This document shows, piece by piece, positions 36,372-49,300 of a DNA stretch of 64,000 nt. This DNA is from Guillardia theta CCMP2712. Its lineage: Eukaryota; Protista; Cryptophyta. The notes beneath the pieces were generated by a model. That model saw only the letters and a list, made by a program, of their open reading frames with translations, ran no database searches and was not told where the DNA came from. Made by a program: the position numbers and the translations under genes. Numbering within the stretch: the first letter of the stretch is position 1; every line of letters starts with the position of its first letter. Location: NCBI RefSeq assembly GCF_000315625.1, contig NW_005434669.1, positions 1,049,239-1,113,238 of the forward strand, written 5' to 3'.

Positions 36372-36917
36372 CTATAGCAGAGGCCGAAAAGGATCAATCA
36401 TGCTGAATTCCGGCTCGAGCAAACTCTCAAGCTCATTCTCTATCTCACTCGTATCACTAAAGTCTAGATCAAAGTCGCTGCTAGTGTCCGTTGTTGCCTC
36501 GCTGTCCCAGCTAGGAAGTGAGCTCAATTCAGGTCTCCTTTCTTGCTCCTCAAAGCTGTGGAAAGAAACATTCTCTATCGGTTCTGGAAGAGAGCAGAGA
36601 AGCATGCTCGGCTCGTCAACAACGGAAACAGATATCTGAGCATCAAAATCTTGGGAAATAGGAGATGCTCTCTCCTTGTGCGTGGGCTTCTGGTATGGCC
36701 ACCGCCCTACCCCCAGCTTCCTGCAAAGCTGCTTCATCGCCGTCACCGAGATCCCCAGGAGCTTGCTGGCCTCCTCCTGCGGGAGTCCGAAGAGCGGCTG
36801 GAGGGTGGAGATGTCGACCATGAGGGCCTTGCCTTTGTGAGGTCGAGCGTCTTGGAAGGCCTTTCGCCTTGGGAAGATGCGAACTTTCTTTGATTCTTCG
36901 ATTTGCTGGTATTGCAT
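36372..36917 (-). CDS. RWP-RK transcription factor, cluster copy 3
   Basis: Same domain; tail homologous to copy 1 (WDSE..SEIENELE.LLEPE...IDP..LL); first ATG at 36917. Confidence 0.92.
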   Translation of the reverse strand: MQYQQIEESKKVRIFPRRKAFQDARPHKGKALMVDISTLQPLFGLPQEEASKLLGISVTAMKQLCRKLGVGRWPYQKPTHKERASPISQDFDAQISVSVVDEPSMLLCSLPEPIENVSFHSFEEQERRPELSSLPSWDSEATTDTSSDFDLDFSDTSEIENELESLLEPEFSMIDPFRPLL

Positions 36918-37389
36918 GTTCAAATCAAGATTTGGTGTCACCGAGTATCAAGGAGATGGGTGAAATTCAAATTTGTTTGGATCTATGTGGCTTTCTGCCC
37001 TCGCAAGGATTTGATTGTTCTGTTGCGGTATGCGCAGTGAGTAGTAGCAAGCAGGTGATGACGACGACGCTTTAATAAGATGCTCGGAAGTATCCCTGCT
37101 GACTGTGCTGACTTCCTTGAAAAAAAAAATTGGTCACGAAAAATATTGCTTTCGAGAAGATCCGTCCTTGCGTGCATCGATTTACAAGTTTACAACACGA
37201 TTGTCTGATAACCGACAGTCCGATCAGGGACGCCCGTGACTCCTTGATTTTGCTCCCTCCCCACTTACACCTCCAGGAGGCGACACGTATTCTTCCTTAG
37301 TTATATTAGAACTTCCCAACCTGTCGGCTGACTCAATAACCCCTAATGAGCTCGCAAGGGGTTTCAACTTTTGCAAAAGTCAAACCAGA

Positions 37390-38800
37390 AATGTACTACC
37401 GTACTTAACTTTGAGTAAAAGTACGCCGGTACGTTAGAGAATCTGATGAACCGTTTTAATCAGTAGTACCGTACCGTGGGTGAGCCGCCACTGAATCTCG
37501 CCGAATCGGCAGCGGCCAGGCGGTACGTCCGGAAGTTCGGTAAGTTCTTACACCCCGGGTGACTCGGACCTGGCACCGGGTACGGCCACGATACGGCGCG
37601 GCGGCGCGCACTGATTTAAGTTGCGGGCGGCATCAAGTTGCGGCAACTTATCGAATGTCGCCGCCGGGACTCGGCCTCGTGACGCGCCGCCCGGGGCCGG
37701 CCCCGGCCCCCGCTGATCCCGGCGACTCGATTCCGAACCGTGAGATGGGATCCTCCGGCCCCGGTGACGCGAGGGCCCGGACCGTACCGGGCCGCGCGGC
37801 GGGCCCCTCCGGCCCGGGAGTCCCGGTCCACCGATGGGCCGGGGATCTTCAACCGTTCCACCCGTGACCAGTACTGGCAACTTGAAACTTACTACCGTAG
37901 TACCGTGGTCATCCGGGGCCCGGCCGGGCGGCCCGCGGCGCGATCGGACCGTTCGACCACACGTTTTCGAATGCAGCCGCGCCGGCAGTGCCCTGGCATG
38001 ATTAGAGTCGGCCGCCAGGCGCCACTGCGAGCCGCTGAACGGCGAACTTGGGTGAGCCTCAGGCAGGGACTCGGGCCTTGTGCTGACCGTAAGATCCTGG
38101 CCCGGCCGCGGCGTTTGCGTTTGCAAGTCTTGACAGTAAAGTAGTTCTTGACAGTGAAGGTGCCTCGTATCATCATCCGAGTCGGAGCCCCCAAAGTTCA
38201 CCCCGGGCCCGGTGGCACCGTCCGTCCAATCACCGGTGACCGTGCAAGGTCAGTGAACGGTACTGTCACATTAAGTTACGCCCCCGTCCGTAGTCCGGCC
38301 GCTTTAACTAATGACTCCCGTGAACTTGAAACTCAGGCTTCAAGTTTAACGGTGAAACCAAGTACGGTAAGAGGACAATCATGGCATCACTGGTGTTTGA
38401 CCGTTGATCACTCACTGGTGTTTGACGTCTTGTTTCGGCGGAGTGGGCAGTGGCATGCCATTCAAGTTCACTGATTCCAACAGTACGGCCCTAGTCTGAG
38501 TAGTAACGGCGGCTTAGCTGAGGCAGCGGCGGCGGCGGCGAGGCCGAGTCCCGGACTCTGACGAGTCTCCGAGTCCGACAGAGGGCCAGTGACCTCCGAC
38601 CGCTTCAACAGGTCGCTTGAGCCCGATTCAGTGATCGAGGTCCAAAAGGCATGCCATGATGATCTCCTTCAAGTGAGTCACGAGGAGGGCCTTAGTGACC
38701 GGGCACTGTCGCACCATGACGGTGGTCCGCCGTCACGGGTACGGTCATCAAGCGCGCCGGCAGCGCTCAACGTTTTGTTTGAACTCAACTCGATTAAGCC
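37390..38800. repeat. Long palindrome/micro-repeat-dense intergenic block
   Basis: aagttgcggcaactt, ccccggggccggccccgg, aacttgaa..ttcaagtt, tcactggtgtttgac x2, gagtcccggactc; no coherent ORF. Confidence 0.7.
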
Positions 38801-39153
38801 AAGCCTTGAAGTTTTGGGGCCCAGCACTCAGCAGGATGATGTTATGACGGTGCTGCCAAACTTTCGGCCCCAGCTTGCTGCAGGCTACCAGAGCAACTTC
38901 ATTGAATTGTGATCACCCGACGAATCATTTCATTTCTTTATTGACTGAAAAGGAAAGGCAAACCGGAGCAAACAAAAGAGTTTCACGATTCAACTCCCTC
39001 ATGAAGTTCCTATTCAGTTAAATATTACTAGGCTCAGAATTTCCAAATGGTCGAGTCCTTTTACACTACCTTGAATTTGAATATTGAAAACGCCCAGCAT
39101 ACTCCTTGACTGACTCAATGTCCATGTTTCGACCAGCACTCGCAACCAGCAGG

Positions 39154-40491
39154 TCATGACAGAACGATCATGGTATGCAGGTTCAACTTCCAGAAGTTCT
39201 GCAATTGCAATGAGATCTCCCGCCCATGAAAAGCAGGAGTGATGCAGGGCATGGCGCAATGCAAAGTGAAAACCATGTCTGCTGAGACTGTCGAGAGCTG
39301 GGCGACATCCTGCAGGTAGTCGGATTGCATCTTGGCTCTGAAGCAAGAAAGCTTTAGCTCATGCTTTGACAGACATGCTTCGATCCAACACTCGGCCTCT
39401 CTCAGCTCGAGCGGAGTTAGCTCAATCCTTAGCTCCTCGTTGAGCGTATGAAGCAGGGTCTCGCTCTTGAGGTAACGACCTTTGTGCTGCATCGTCAAGC
39501 GGCCCGACTCTTCCGATTGGTTCTCTCGCATCCGAAGGATTTCGCGCATGACCTGATTCTCCACATGCACAGTGCTGATTTTCTTCGCACATGTGTACAG
39601 GCTGGAGGCACCAGAGCGTACAACATCGTACCTTGAGCAACCTCCCTCAGTCTTGATGACGCTTCTGTTCACAGCCTGCAATTTTGAGCTGCTGCTCTCT
39701 GTTTCTTCAGCCTCCCTCATCCTGACAGTGCTTGTAGCCATTGCGTGCGAAGGCGATGGAGCGCGTGGAGAAAACATGATTTCTAGTCGAAAGAAGCTGC
39801 CACACGATGCTTGCAACTCGACGCACTGCCGAACACAAGCTACTCCACATGATGCCATGCAAGCTGAGATAGCTCTGATAGCAGCGGCTTGGACGGACCA
39901 GTCTAACTCTTCCGTGCGTATCGATCTAATGAGTTGTCTCGCTGAAAATTGGCATGTACCAATCTTTGACGTAATGCTCCACCTTCCTATCTTTTGATTG
40001 ACGGTGCGCTTACAGCTGAATGTCATCGCACGCATCATTTCATTAGGGACGTATTGTTCCACGATTGTAGCGTCAGTCTCTTCGTCAAAACTCAACTCCC
40101 TTGCGAAGTCATCGTGTTCAAAAAGTTTTTCGAGAAGATCACGATGCCGTTTAAACATGTCGTGCCTCCGATTGATAAAACTGGCAAGCGATGGAATGGA
40201 GGCTATTCTCAACTGTGGAAACTTCAGCGGAAGGTTCACAATGTCGGATCCCACTATTTTTTCTCCATCCCCACATGTCTGGATAAGCATATATTTGACC
40301 ATCGTGTTACACTCCAAGGGGTCCAAGTCAACTTGATCGTCATTGACAGTGTCATGGCATGCCTCGTTAATGATCGATGTAATCATTTTCTGCTCAAACT
40401 TGCGCAATTTTTGAGCAGAAGCAGAGTCCTCTGTAAAGATTCGATCCTTCATCGCTAGCACAGGCGAGATTACAAACGTCTGGGAGGTCAT
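39154..40491 (-). CDS. Intronless uncharacterised protein (~445 aa)
   Basis: Long uninterrupted ORF of globular composition; no family recognised. Confidence 0.65.
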   Translation of the reverse strand: MTSQTFVISPVLAMKDRIFTEDSASAQKLRKFEQKMITSIINEACHDTVNDDQVDLDPLECNTMVKYMLIQTCGDGEKIVGSDIVNLPLKFPQLRIASIPSLASFINRRHDMFKRHRDLLEKLFEHDDFARELSFDEETDATIVEQYVPNEMMRAMTFSCKRTVNQKIGRWSITSKIGTCQFSARQLIRSIRTEELDWSVQAAAIRAISACMASCGVACVRQCVELQASCGSFFRLEIMFSPRAPSPSHAMATSTVRMREAEETESSSSKLQAVNRSVIKTEGGCSRYDVVRSGASSLYTCAKKISTVHVENQVMREILRMRENQSEESGRLTMQHKGRYLKSETLLHTLNEELRIELTPLELREAECWIEACLSKHELKLSCFRAKMQSDYLQDVAQLSTVSADMVFTLHCAMPCITPAFHGREISLQLQNFWKLNLHTMIVLS

Positions 40492-41739
40492 AGTGGGCAA
40501 GAAATTTCAACTTGTTCCTGCTCTTGCCCTTGCTCTTGCTGTTGTTGTATTATTATCCCTTTGCTGGGAACCCACAAATTTGTTCGAACTTTTTTCGAGG
40601 CAGGCACGAATTTTACCGGGCCCGGTCTGTAACCCCGGGCCCGGGGGTACCGGATGACTTTCTCAGTGAGTGTGTGATGAAACTGAGCCAGCCTCAGAGA
40701 CAGGTGGGGCCGGCTGCGGCAGTAGTAAAATAACTTTGAAGTTGTCCGACCCCCAAACGACGCCATTTTACTGCCCCCGCTGGTAACTTTTGGCATTTGC
40801 GATTGGGTCGTAGGGAGTATTTGAAATTTGATAGCAACAGAACAACCATGTGAAATATGTTTACCGATCACGAAAACAGAACGACCACACTGTGTGATAT
40901 GACCCCACATGTGAGCGATTGTCTAACAGGGTACCCCTGTCATTTGTCAACTTGTTCTCTTTGACTGGAGGCACCCACCATAGTATGGATATTCATATAG
41001 TTCAGTACTATGCTCATTGTGCACTCTCATCATACAGCTCCTGAAATCCAACCACCCTTGACACAAGTACCCTACACTAAAATATTACCGCCTTCCATTT
41101 CTGTGTTCCAAACCACCCTACCCCCTTTTTTAGCACCTGGATGCTCGATCAACCGATTAGCAGGCATGCGAGGAAAGATCAGGATGAGCAGGATGAAGGC
41201 CATAATGGTAGTTAAGCATCTTGTGGAGATGTAATGCTCCCATGGTTGATATTGGTGATGATTATGACAATGGCAATCATTGAAATGATAGACAACATGG
41301 AGTTTCGAGGATGTGTCCTCGTCGTGAGAATCAGACAAGGTTGACTACTGGAGCGGGGCAATGTGTAGTGATATGTTGATGTTGGCAAGGGATCACGGAT
41401 ATGCTGATTAGAATCTACAGCATGTACTACTTTTCAACCTTGGAACCACATGCGCCCTCAGAACACTTCTGACGTAGAAGTAGCAATGACTAGAGTTTTC
41501 TTAATGGTTCAGGCTCCAGGGTCGCAGTTCTAATGTTGGGCTGTTGCTCTTGCTGAAGACAGCATTGGACTTCCTAGATAGGAAATGCCTCAAACAAGTC
41601 AGACAAGCAAGTTGCATGCTGTGAAATCACATTCTTTCAATTTAGCAGCCATGTTGTGTCCTGTGTCCTTGTAACTGACATCTTTTGAAGCCAACTTCAC
41701 GAGGGCATGGTCGACATTTGAGCCTGAGTTGCGCTCAAC

Positions 41740-43331
41740 ATGGACGTAGGACAATCGATGCGCACATCAGTGCTGCAAGGATTTGATCAGTCGAAGCTAC
41801 ACCCCCCTCTCCGATATGGAGATAGAATCGCACTCGTTCCCAATGGGCTCAATGGGATAGCCTGCTATGACAGGTGAGAACTTCGGAAGGCCAAGAGTGA
41901 AACTCTTGTGGGTTCGTTCTGACTGTGTTGGTGTCAGGTCTCTCAGCAATGAGCCTTCAGTGGAGCTCTTGGAACCAGATGAAGCCATGCCGCAAAACGT
42001 GGAGCTCTGCCATTGGAAGATGATCCCAAAGCTGCAGTACGAGGCAGCAAAAGCTCTGAAGAAGCTGTTGAAGAAGGGAACGTGGGACGGCGGTCAAGGA
42101 CTTGATCTACCCTCTGCTCCAAAAGCCAGTCATCATATCGATGCAGATGTCAAGGAGTTTGCGGCGGCCCACAACATCCAGAACCAAACGGATTTGAAGG
42201 AAGTTTTCAGGCTGTTGATGGATGTGGAGGAAGAAAGGAATGCTAACGAGGCTGAAGAGCGACGGCAGCGAGGGAACATCATCAAGTATGGAGATACAGT
42301 CCAGTTTGTTCATTCCTCTTCAGGTCTTACACTCACCATCACCAAGAAGCAAGGAGTGGACAAGGGATGCAAAGCACTGGAAATGCTCAAAGAAGGGGTT
42401 GAGAATTCAATCTTTGTTGTTCTCCCAGCCTACAAGACGTTCGGACAAGGAGAACCTGTGACATCTGGTGATCTCATTTGCTTCTACTCAGAGAAGAAGG
42501 TCGTAGGGAACATCTGCTGTCTCCATGTCTCTTCGAGGCCTCAAAACGTTACAAGCAATTTTTTGATGGATGCTCCTGTTCATGAGTTGGATGCTTCTAT
42601 CTTGGACACGAATGCTACATCTTGGAGAGCTTTGTTGTTCCAATCCTCTTCAATCGCTCATGAGGTAGAGAGTTTGATCAAGGCGGAAGACGTTGTTTGT
42701 ATCTATCACAAAGATGGTGAATCGTACCTCAACTACGACCCCATGCTTCTTGAAGCTCCTTTCTTTCATCTCAGGCAAAAGGTGAAGCCGGCTGATCGCA
42801 AAAAGGCAGGATGGCTGTGGAAGATTGAGGGAGAGTGTATCTACCTTGGAGGACAGAATATTGAGTGTGACGAAAGAAAGAGGTATCGTCTGAAGCATCT
42901 CATTACTGGACACTATCTCAAGTCACAAGATGGGTCTCTGACCACTGTAAAATCTTGCTCGGAAGGAACTTTGTTTTCCTTCAGGCACTTTGCAAAAGAT
43001 GTTTCTTCCAAGAATGTATACAGCCACTCTCTCATCATGATTCATGGCCACGGATGGCTCTCAATGTCATACAGCGACACCAATGTAGCTGAGAGAGCAG
43101 GGAAAAAGATTCTTGGGCACAAGGCGATATCAAGAGAGTTCGATGCGATGCAGAGTGAAAGAGATGCATTTGTGCTGATGCCTGTCTCGAAGAAGTATGA
43201 GAACACCGTCAAAGAGGTGAAGCATGATATGTTCCGTGAGATTCGATTCAATTTCATCTTTGTGCCGGAGTTTTGTACTGTAACTGTTCTTGCAATTGCT
43301 CTCGCCAATGTTGTTGCTTCTTCTGTTATTG

Positions 43332-43390
<59 letters not shown>

Positions 43391-46300
43391 ATAGGTTTCG
43401 TCGATAACGATGATGATGATGACAATGATGATGATCAATCACTGATGTTAACCTGCTTCAGCTCAAAAGTGAAGTCTATACACTGATTGCCTTCCGCAAT
43501 CTCCTCAACAACTGCTCGGACATCTCAAACAAGGATATGAACATGTCTGACTGCCCTTATTACCTGGAAGGCGTGCTGACATGTGTGTGTGCAGACTAAA
43601 AACTTCACAAGACGACATCCCTGTCGATATCAGGGCAATCATCAACCTGTTTCGAGATCACAGCTCGACGCTTGTGTCTGCCATCAGCAACCTTATCATT
43701 CACTGCTCTGCCGACACTGACCCCAACCCTATGACAAGAGAAGGCAGGCCAAAGACGCTGATCCAGAAGTTGTTGAGGGAGATGGACGCGCACACTATCT
43801 GTCTCGACATCCTAGAGATCCCTTTCAGCAAAGGCTTTCAATTCAGCTGGCTCAATGTCAACGACTTGACAGACGGGATGGCGCACGTGTTGCGACTTTG
43901 TCACAGGTTCATCATGAACTTCGTGAAAGAGAACGAGCCCAACGCCCAACTAGTTTACCATCGGATCGAGCTGCTGAAGGGCCAGCTGGGGAAAGGCGTG
44001 TCAGCAACCGTTGCGATCAAGGAGATTTTCTTCGAGAAGAGGAGGATTCTGAATCTGATCCGCAAGGATGATGTGAAGATCTTCATGGAGATGCTAGAGA
44101 AAGATCGCGATCCTCGCCACATCGACTTCCTCGTCTCTATCTGCACGTGCGGGAAGAACCCGATCCCTTCGAATCAATCTTTGGTGTGCGAACAACTCTA
44201 CAAGGAGCACTTTGCTCTGATCCCAAAGTACAAGTGGCACATTGACGGAGGTGGAAAGAAGATGCACTTTGTACTGCCTTCGACCGGGCATGAGGAGTGG
44301 ATTGATATGTCTTCTTACATGCAGAGCTCGGAAAGGTCGGCGAAGGGGTATGATTATGCCTCTTCTATCATGTTCAATCAGTACAATCTGTTAACAGAAA
44401 AGGAGAAATGCTTCCGCTACTTTCTCCGGTGCACGTCGCTGCTCAACAATCTAGTCGTTGGAAGGAACCATGAAGCGATCTCGATGGCGTTGAAGAACCA
44501 AGACTACTCCCTTACCTTTGAAGACATCTTTGACGTGATGTCCTCCCCTTACGTCCCGTCCATCATCCGCGCCAGGTTTACCAACCTCATGCTGAAGTTC
44601 CACGTTGACATCGACCCTCAAACTTCGAAACCTCAAATCTCATACACGCGCACCTGGAGCAAGGCATCGCAATCAGCGGCCGTGCTGCTCAAACAGTCGT
44701 CGACGTTGACAGGAGCCAAGAGGTGGCAGGAGAACGAAGAGACTTCACAAAAATTCCGCAAGCTGACGGACTTCCTGATTGACGCCTTGTCGACGTGGGA
44801 GGGTGAGAAGACAGCGAGAGGGTCGTCTTGGAGTTTGGATGATGCGACGTACGGGGAGGTCGACCTGATCCTCTCTTGGATCGAGCTGAGCGACTGGTTG
44901 ATCGACTTCGGGTACATCGTTGAGAATCGTGACGCCCTGGATGCGGATTTCAAGCTCGTCATGAAGTTGTTTGAAGGGCTTTTCCGTGTAATCAAGGTCA
45001 AGAACTTGCAGAACAGGATGAGGGATGACAGGGTAGAGATGATGAAAATGAAGATAAGGTCCGAAACTTTCAAGCTGCTCAGCAGGATCTGCAACCTTCG
45101 GGCAAACTACCGCATCACTTGCGCTCTTAAGTGCTGGGAGGACATCTTTGACAAGATGGACGGGCAAAATGTAAATTTTCAGAAGTCGCACTTTTCCTGG
45201 ACCGGATCGAACCTTTCCATGTCCTTCTCCTCGAACTCTGACTCAAGATTGAACCTTATCAACAACCTGCTCGAACAATTCCGACCTTACGATGACAGCC
45301 TCAAGGACATGCTGGAGATGATCTTCGACAAGAACATCGTCAGCCCTGAGAGCATCTCCAGTGACTTGTACAAAAAGGGCGGATACAAAGACGACGCAAC
45401 TATCTCTTCCGTCCTTTCCTTCATCAGGCTGGGAGATGTTCAACTTACCGAGCAAGCTGTTGTGTTCCTCATAACTCATCTGTTCCAGCGGAACAAGTTT
45501 GTGGAGGATCTCAAGTTCCTTCAAGTCCTGGTCTACCCTGAGGCCGTCAAGCTGTACAACGAGATCAAGCACGTCATCGAGCGACTGACGGCTCTCAAAA
45601 AGACACTGGACGCTGACGAGGAGGATGCGTACGAAGAGGCGAACTCGCTGCTGCAGAAGATGATTGAGAACATCACCATTTCCAAGTCCAAGAATATCCC
45701 CAAGGAGATCGTTGCAAAGAATCAGAGGATCATGCTGAACTGGGAGCTCGACGAGCCAGTCATCGATCTGCTGAGGCTGAACATCACTACCACCTCTGAT
45801 GGCGAGGATGAGGCGGTGAAGCTCAAGTCAATCGAGAGGAGGAAGAAACTTTTCCAGCGCTGCTACAACTTCCTTAAGGCCCTCGTCGCTGACCACCCCA
45901 GGGCGCAGCAGAAGCTCTTCCCGTCCATGGGAGTTTTCCTTGACCATGTTGGAGTGGAGAACTTGAATGTGTCCGACACGCTGAGGGAGATTGTGAGGAA
46001 CAACCCGAGGTTGTGCTCGCAAGTGCCCGAGCACTTCTTCCGTCACTTCCTCAATGCAATCAAGAAGCACGGGAGGAACGCGAGGTGGTTGAGATTCTTT
46101 GACGTATTCCTTGTCATCAACAACTCTCCGCTCAAGAGGAGCCAGGACCTCATCCTCCGTCTCATCATGGAGGACAAGGACGATCTGATCGACCTGACCT
46201 GCGACTACCGAGGGTCCCGCTGGCTCTCGCCCACGGACTCGAGGTATGGGAAAAACAGGTTAACTCTTATGATAGAAGGAGAGCACAGAAGGGAGCTGGG

Positions 46301-49300
46301 TAGTCTGTTGAAGTACCACGTTGCCTGTCTTGAGATCCTAGCGCTGTGTGCGACAGGGAAGAACGTGGCGAACAAGGTTCGGATAATCCATGAGGTCTCC
46401 TTTGAGACCATCCTGTCCAACCTCCTCGACCTGAACAAGCGGGAGGACGGGAAGCGAGAGATGGTGGAGGTTGACACGCTGCACTTCGTCAAGAATGGAT
46501 GGATGCATCTCATTAACGAGACGTACCTTACCTCGTACGACATCTTCGCCATCAAGCAGATTCAGAGCTCCACCAGGATCTGGCCGTCAGAGTATTATCG
46601 CACAACGCAGAAGTTTGGTGGGCTGCAGAAGGTGGGTCAGGAGACCAATGAGAACAGTCTTTTGGAGGAATTTCTGCGCACTGTTGAGTTCCTCATAACA
46701 AGGCTCAAGTCGACAACGGACACCGAAGACATCACGGCTGTGAAGGAAGACGCACACGGCTCTGACATCTCTTCGCACATCAATTATGTTGCCAGCATCA
46801 TCTCTGTGCTGAAGGAGCTGTTCAAGAGAGCTGACATCTGCGACAGAGAAGTGTTGAAGCATGCTGTTTGCAAGACGATCCACGAGAAGTTGAGGTCGTC
46901 CTTCAATCAGCTGAACAAGCTGTACATCAAGACCAACAAGCTCGAAGAGTCGAGGAATGTCGTGGAACTCTTGACCCTCCTAAATGAACGCGGCATCCTC
47001 GGAGAGGAGTTTGACCTGCCCCCTGAAGAGGAGGAGGAGGACACGAAGCCCAAGAGCAAAGAGATGAAGTTTCAGGAAGGGTGGGGCAACTACTGCGAGG
47101 TGCTCGCGAACATGCTGCAACTTGACAGCAGGACGGAACTGCTGCAGGCTGATGCGATTAAGGACTTTGCGAGGGCAATAGTGCACGACATCACTTGCAA
47201 GGGAGGAAACTACAAGGTCGTGCAGGAATTTTGCCGGATTCTTACGTCCAAGACGTGCGAGCCTTCAGTTCAGACCATCGGCCTCAAAGTCCTTCGCGCT
47301 ATCATCTACATGAACCCGGCGGCGCAGGACGAGGATCAGCAGGAGAAGAGCTTCAACGACATGCTTCTCAACCTCGACCCCGACGACAAGATGCTAGAGG
47401 ACGAGAGCTACTTGGAGCTGCAGGCCAGGGTCGCCAAGGCCGGGGGGATCAACGTGATCATGCACTTCCTTGCCTTCTCCACCGACACCTCCATCCTCCA
47501 CTCGTGTTTGTGCTTCGCCAACGCGCTGCTGCATGGAGGCAACCGGGAGGTCCAGGACACGTTCGCGAAGCCCTTGACCTCCTCCTCCAGCCAGCACCTG
47601 TTCGGTCAGATCTTCAAGATCTTTCAGGATGCTGTAGACGGGATCAAGGAGGTAAGGAAGAAGGCGAAGCAGGAGGATGCAGAGCGAGCACTGTCAAAGA
47701 AGCGACTGAGGTCTAAGGCAAAGAGCGCACTAGCTGATGCGTTCGGAGAATCTCAGCTCCTCATCACGGAGGTGAAGACATGACCCCTTCCTACCTGTCG
47801 TTACTATACCCCTTCCCTCTTCTTTCTCCCTTCCTCTGAGTGTGTTTGTTTTTGCTTCTACATTCGGTCAGTGAGCTGATCGTTTTTTCTCTTCCAGGTG
47901 ATGAAGATGATGAGAAGATTGTGTATGGGGCAGAACCAGGAGCTGCAAGACATTTTCAGGGTACAGAGTCTCAACAAAACTTCGGTCAACTTTCTTGAAG
48001 AAGTTGTCAAATATCAGATCGTTCTCGAGCCGGTGGTTTCCTACTCCGGCCTTACAAACTCTCTCTTCGCTCCTTTTGCTTCTTCTCCCTTTCTTTCCAT
48101 CCTTCTCCGCTCCTTCTCCACTCCACTCCTCCCCCACACCCCCTTTACTTCTTCTCCTCTTCCTTCCTCTCCTCCTCTTTCTCCTCCCTCTCGTCTTCCA
48201 CCAAACTTTGTCAACGTCCTTACCAAGGCTGCAGGAGCTCAAGGAAGCGATTCAGAAGGGAGATTTTGTCCTCGCAGAAGCAGCGATCCGCGGCTTCCTT
48301 ATGCTCGCCGACGCCATGCACGGCCCCAACTACCACAACCAGGAGGCGATCGCAACCGCCGACTTCTTCGACCTCTGCGACCGGATCTTCCACAAGATCC
48401 GCTTCGAGGAGAAAGAGATGAGCGCTCCCCTGCTCAAGAGACGAAGTTCTACTATGAGCCGTGTGTTCCCCGACGAGGCGACGGAGGCGGACAAGAATCA
48501 GATCCGGTCGCGGCTCAAGGTGTCGGTGATCTCCTGCATCTACGCGCTGCTGGAGGGAGTGCAGGGGGAAGTGATACCTCAAAGGATGCTGACAACCGTC
48601 TCGTGGACGGCCATGGTGACTCAAATGAACTTCTGCTACGACCTGAGGGAGAAGAAGATCGGGGTGGAGGAGGAAGACATTGTGCGGGAGGGTCTCATCT
48701 ACTACTTCGTGCTCAAGTTCGTGAGGGAGTACGACAGGACAGGGACCATACAGGATGCGCTCGTAACGGCTCCTGCTGCCGCCAGGTTCTTCGAGCAGAG
48801 GACGGGATACGTGGAGATACAGCGGGCAGGGCGATTGGAGAGGATCTTCTTCCAGCTGCCTGACAAGTGCATCGAGGGAGGGCCGCTGGACGATGACTTC
48901 CTTGAGATGTACGACACTGAAAGGGAGGATCCGGACAAGAAGAATCAGAACTTCCTCGAGAACGCATGTAAGATCGTTGCGCAGGAGGAGTTTCACTCTA
49001 ACTTGAGGAAGACGGCGTTCTCGTTCACGATCAACAAGTGGGACCTGATCTGCAAGCTGACATACTTTTGGGTCCTGATTCTCCATGGTGTGATGGTCCT
49101 TGGGAGTTACGCGCCCAACCACGTCATGTCCGGGTTGACATCGTTCGAGATTTTCCAGAACATCACGAGTGATGTGGATACTGCTACCTACAACGACAGC
49201 TACTTCTACTTCAAAGTCCTCCCGCAGATCAAGGATGTTGCCAAGTACATGTGCATCGTCAACCTGGTGCTCTGTGCCATCCGGCTGCTTTCCTTCATCA

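Noticed and set aside
32376-36917. Calling the RWP-RK cluster a mating-type locus
   Set aside because: No sequence evidence beyond family membership; kept only as a hypothesis.
37548-38474. Pro/Arg/Gly-rich ORFs in the GC-rich blocks (also 14643-15389 and 23169-23507)
   Set aside because: Stop-poor by composition in palindromic GC-rich DNA; no domain signal.
41000-41739. Possible extra 5' exons of ITPR or a separate small gene
   Set aside because: I could not assemble a consistent frame, and ATG 41740 already opens directly into the N-terminal domain.
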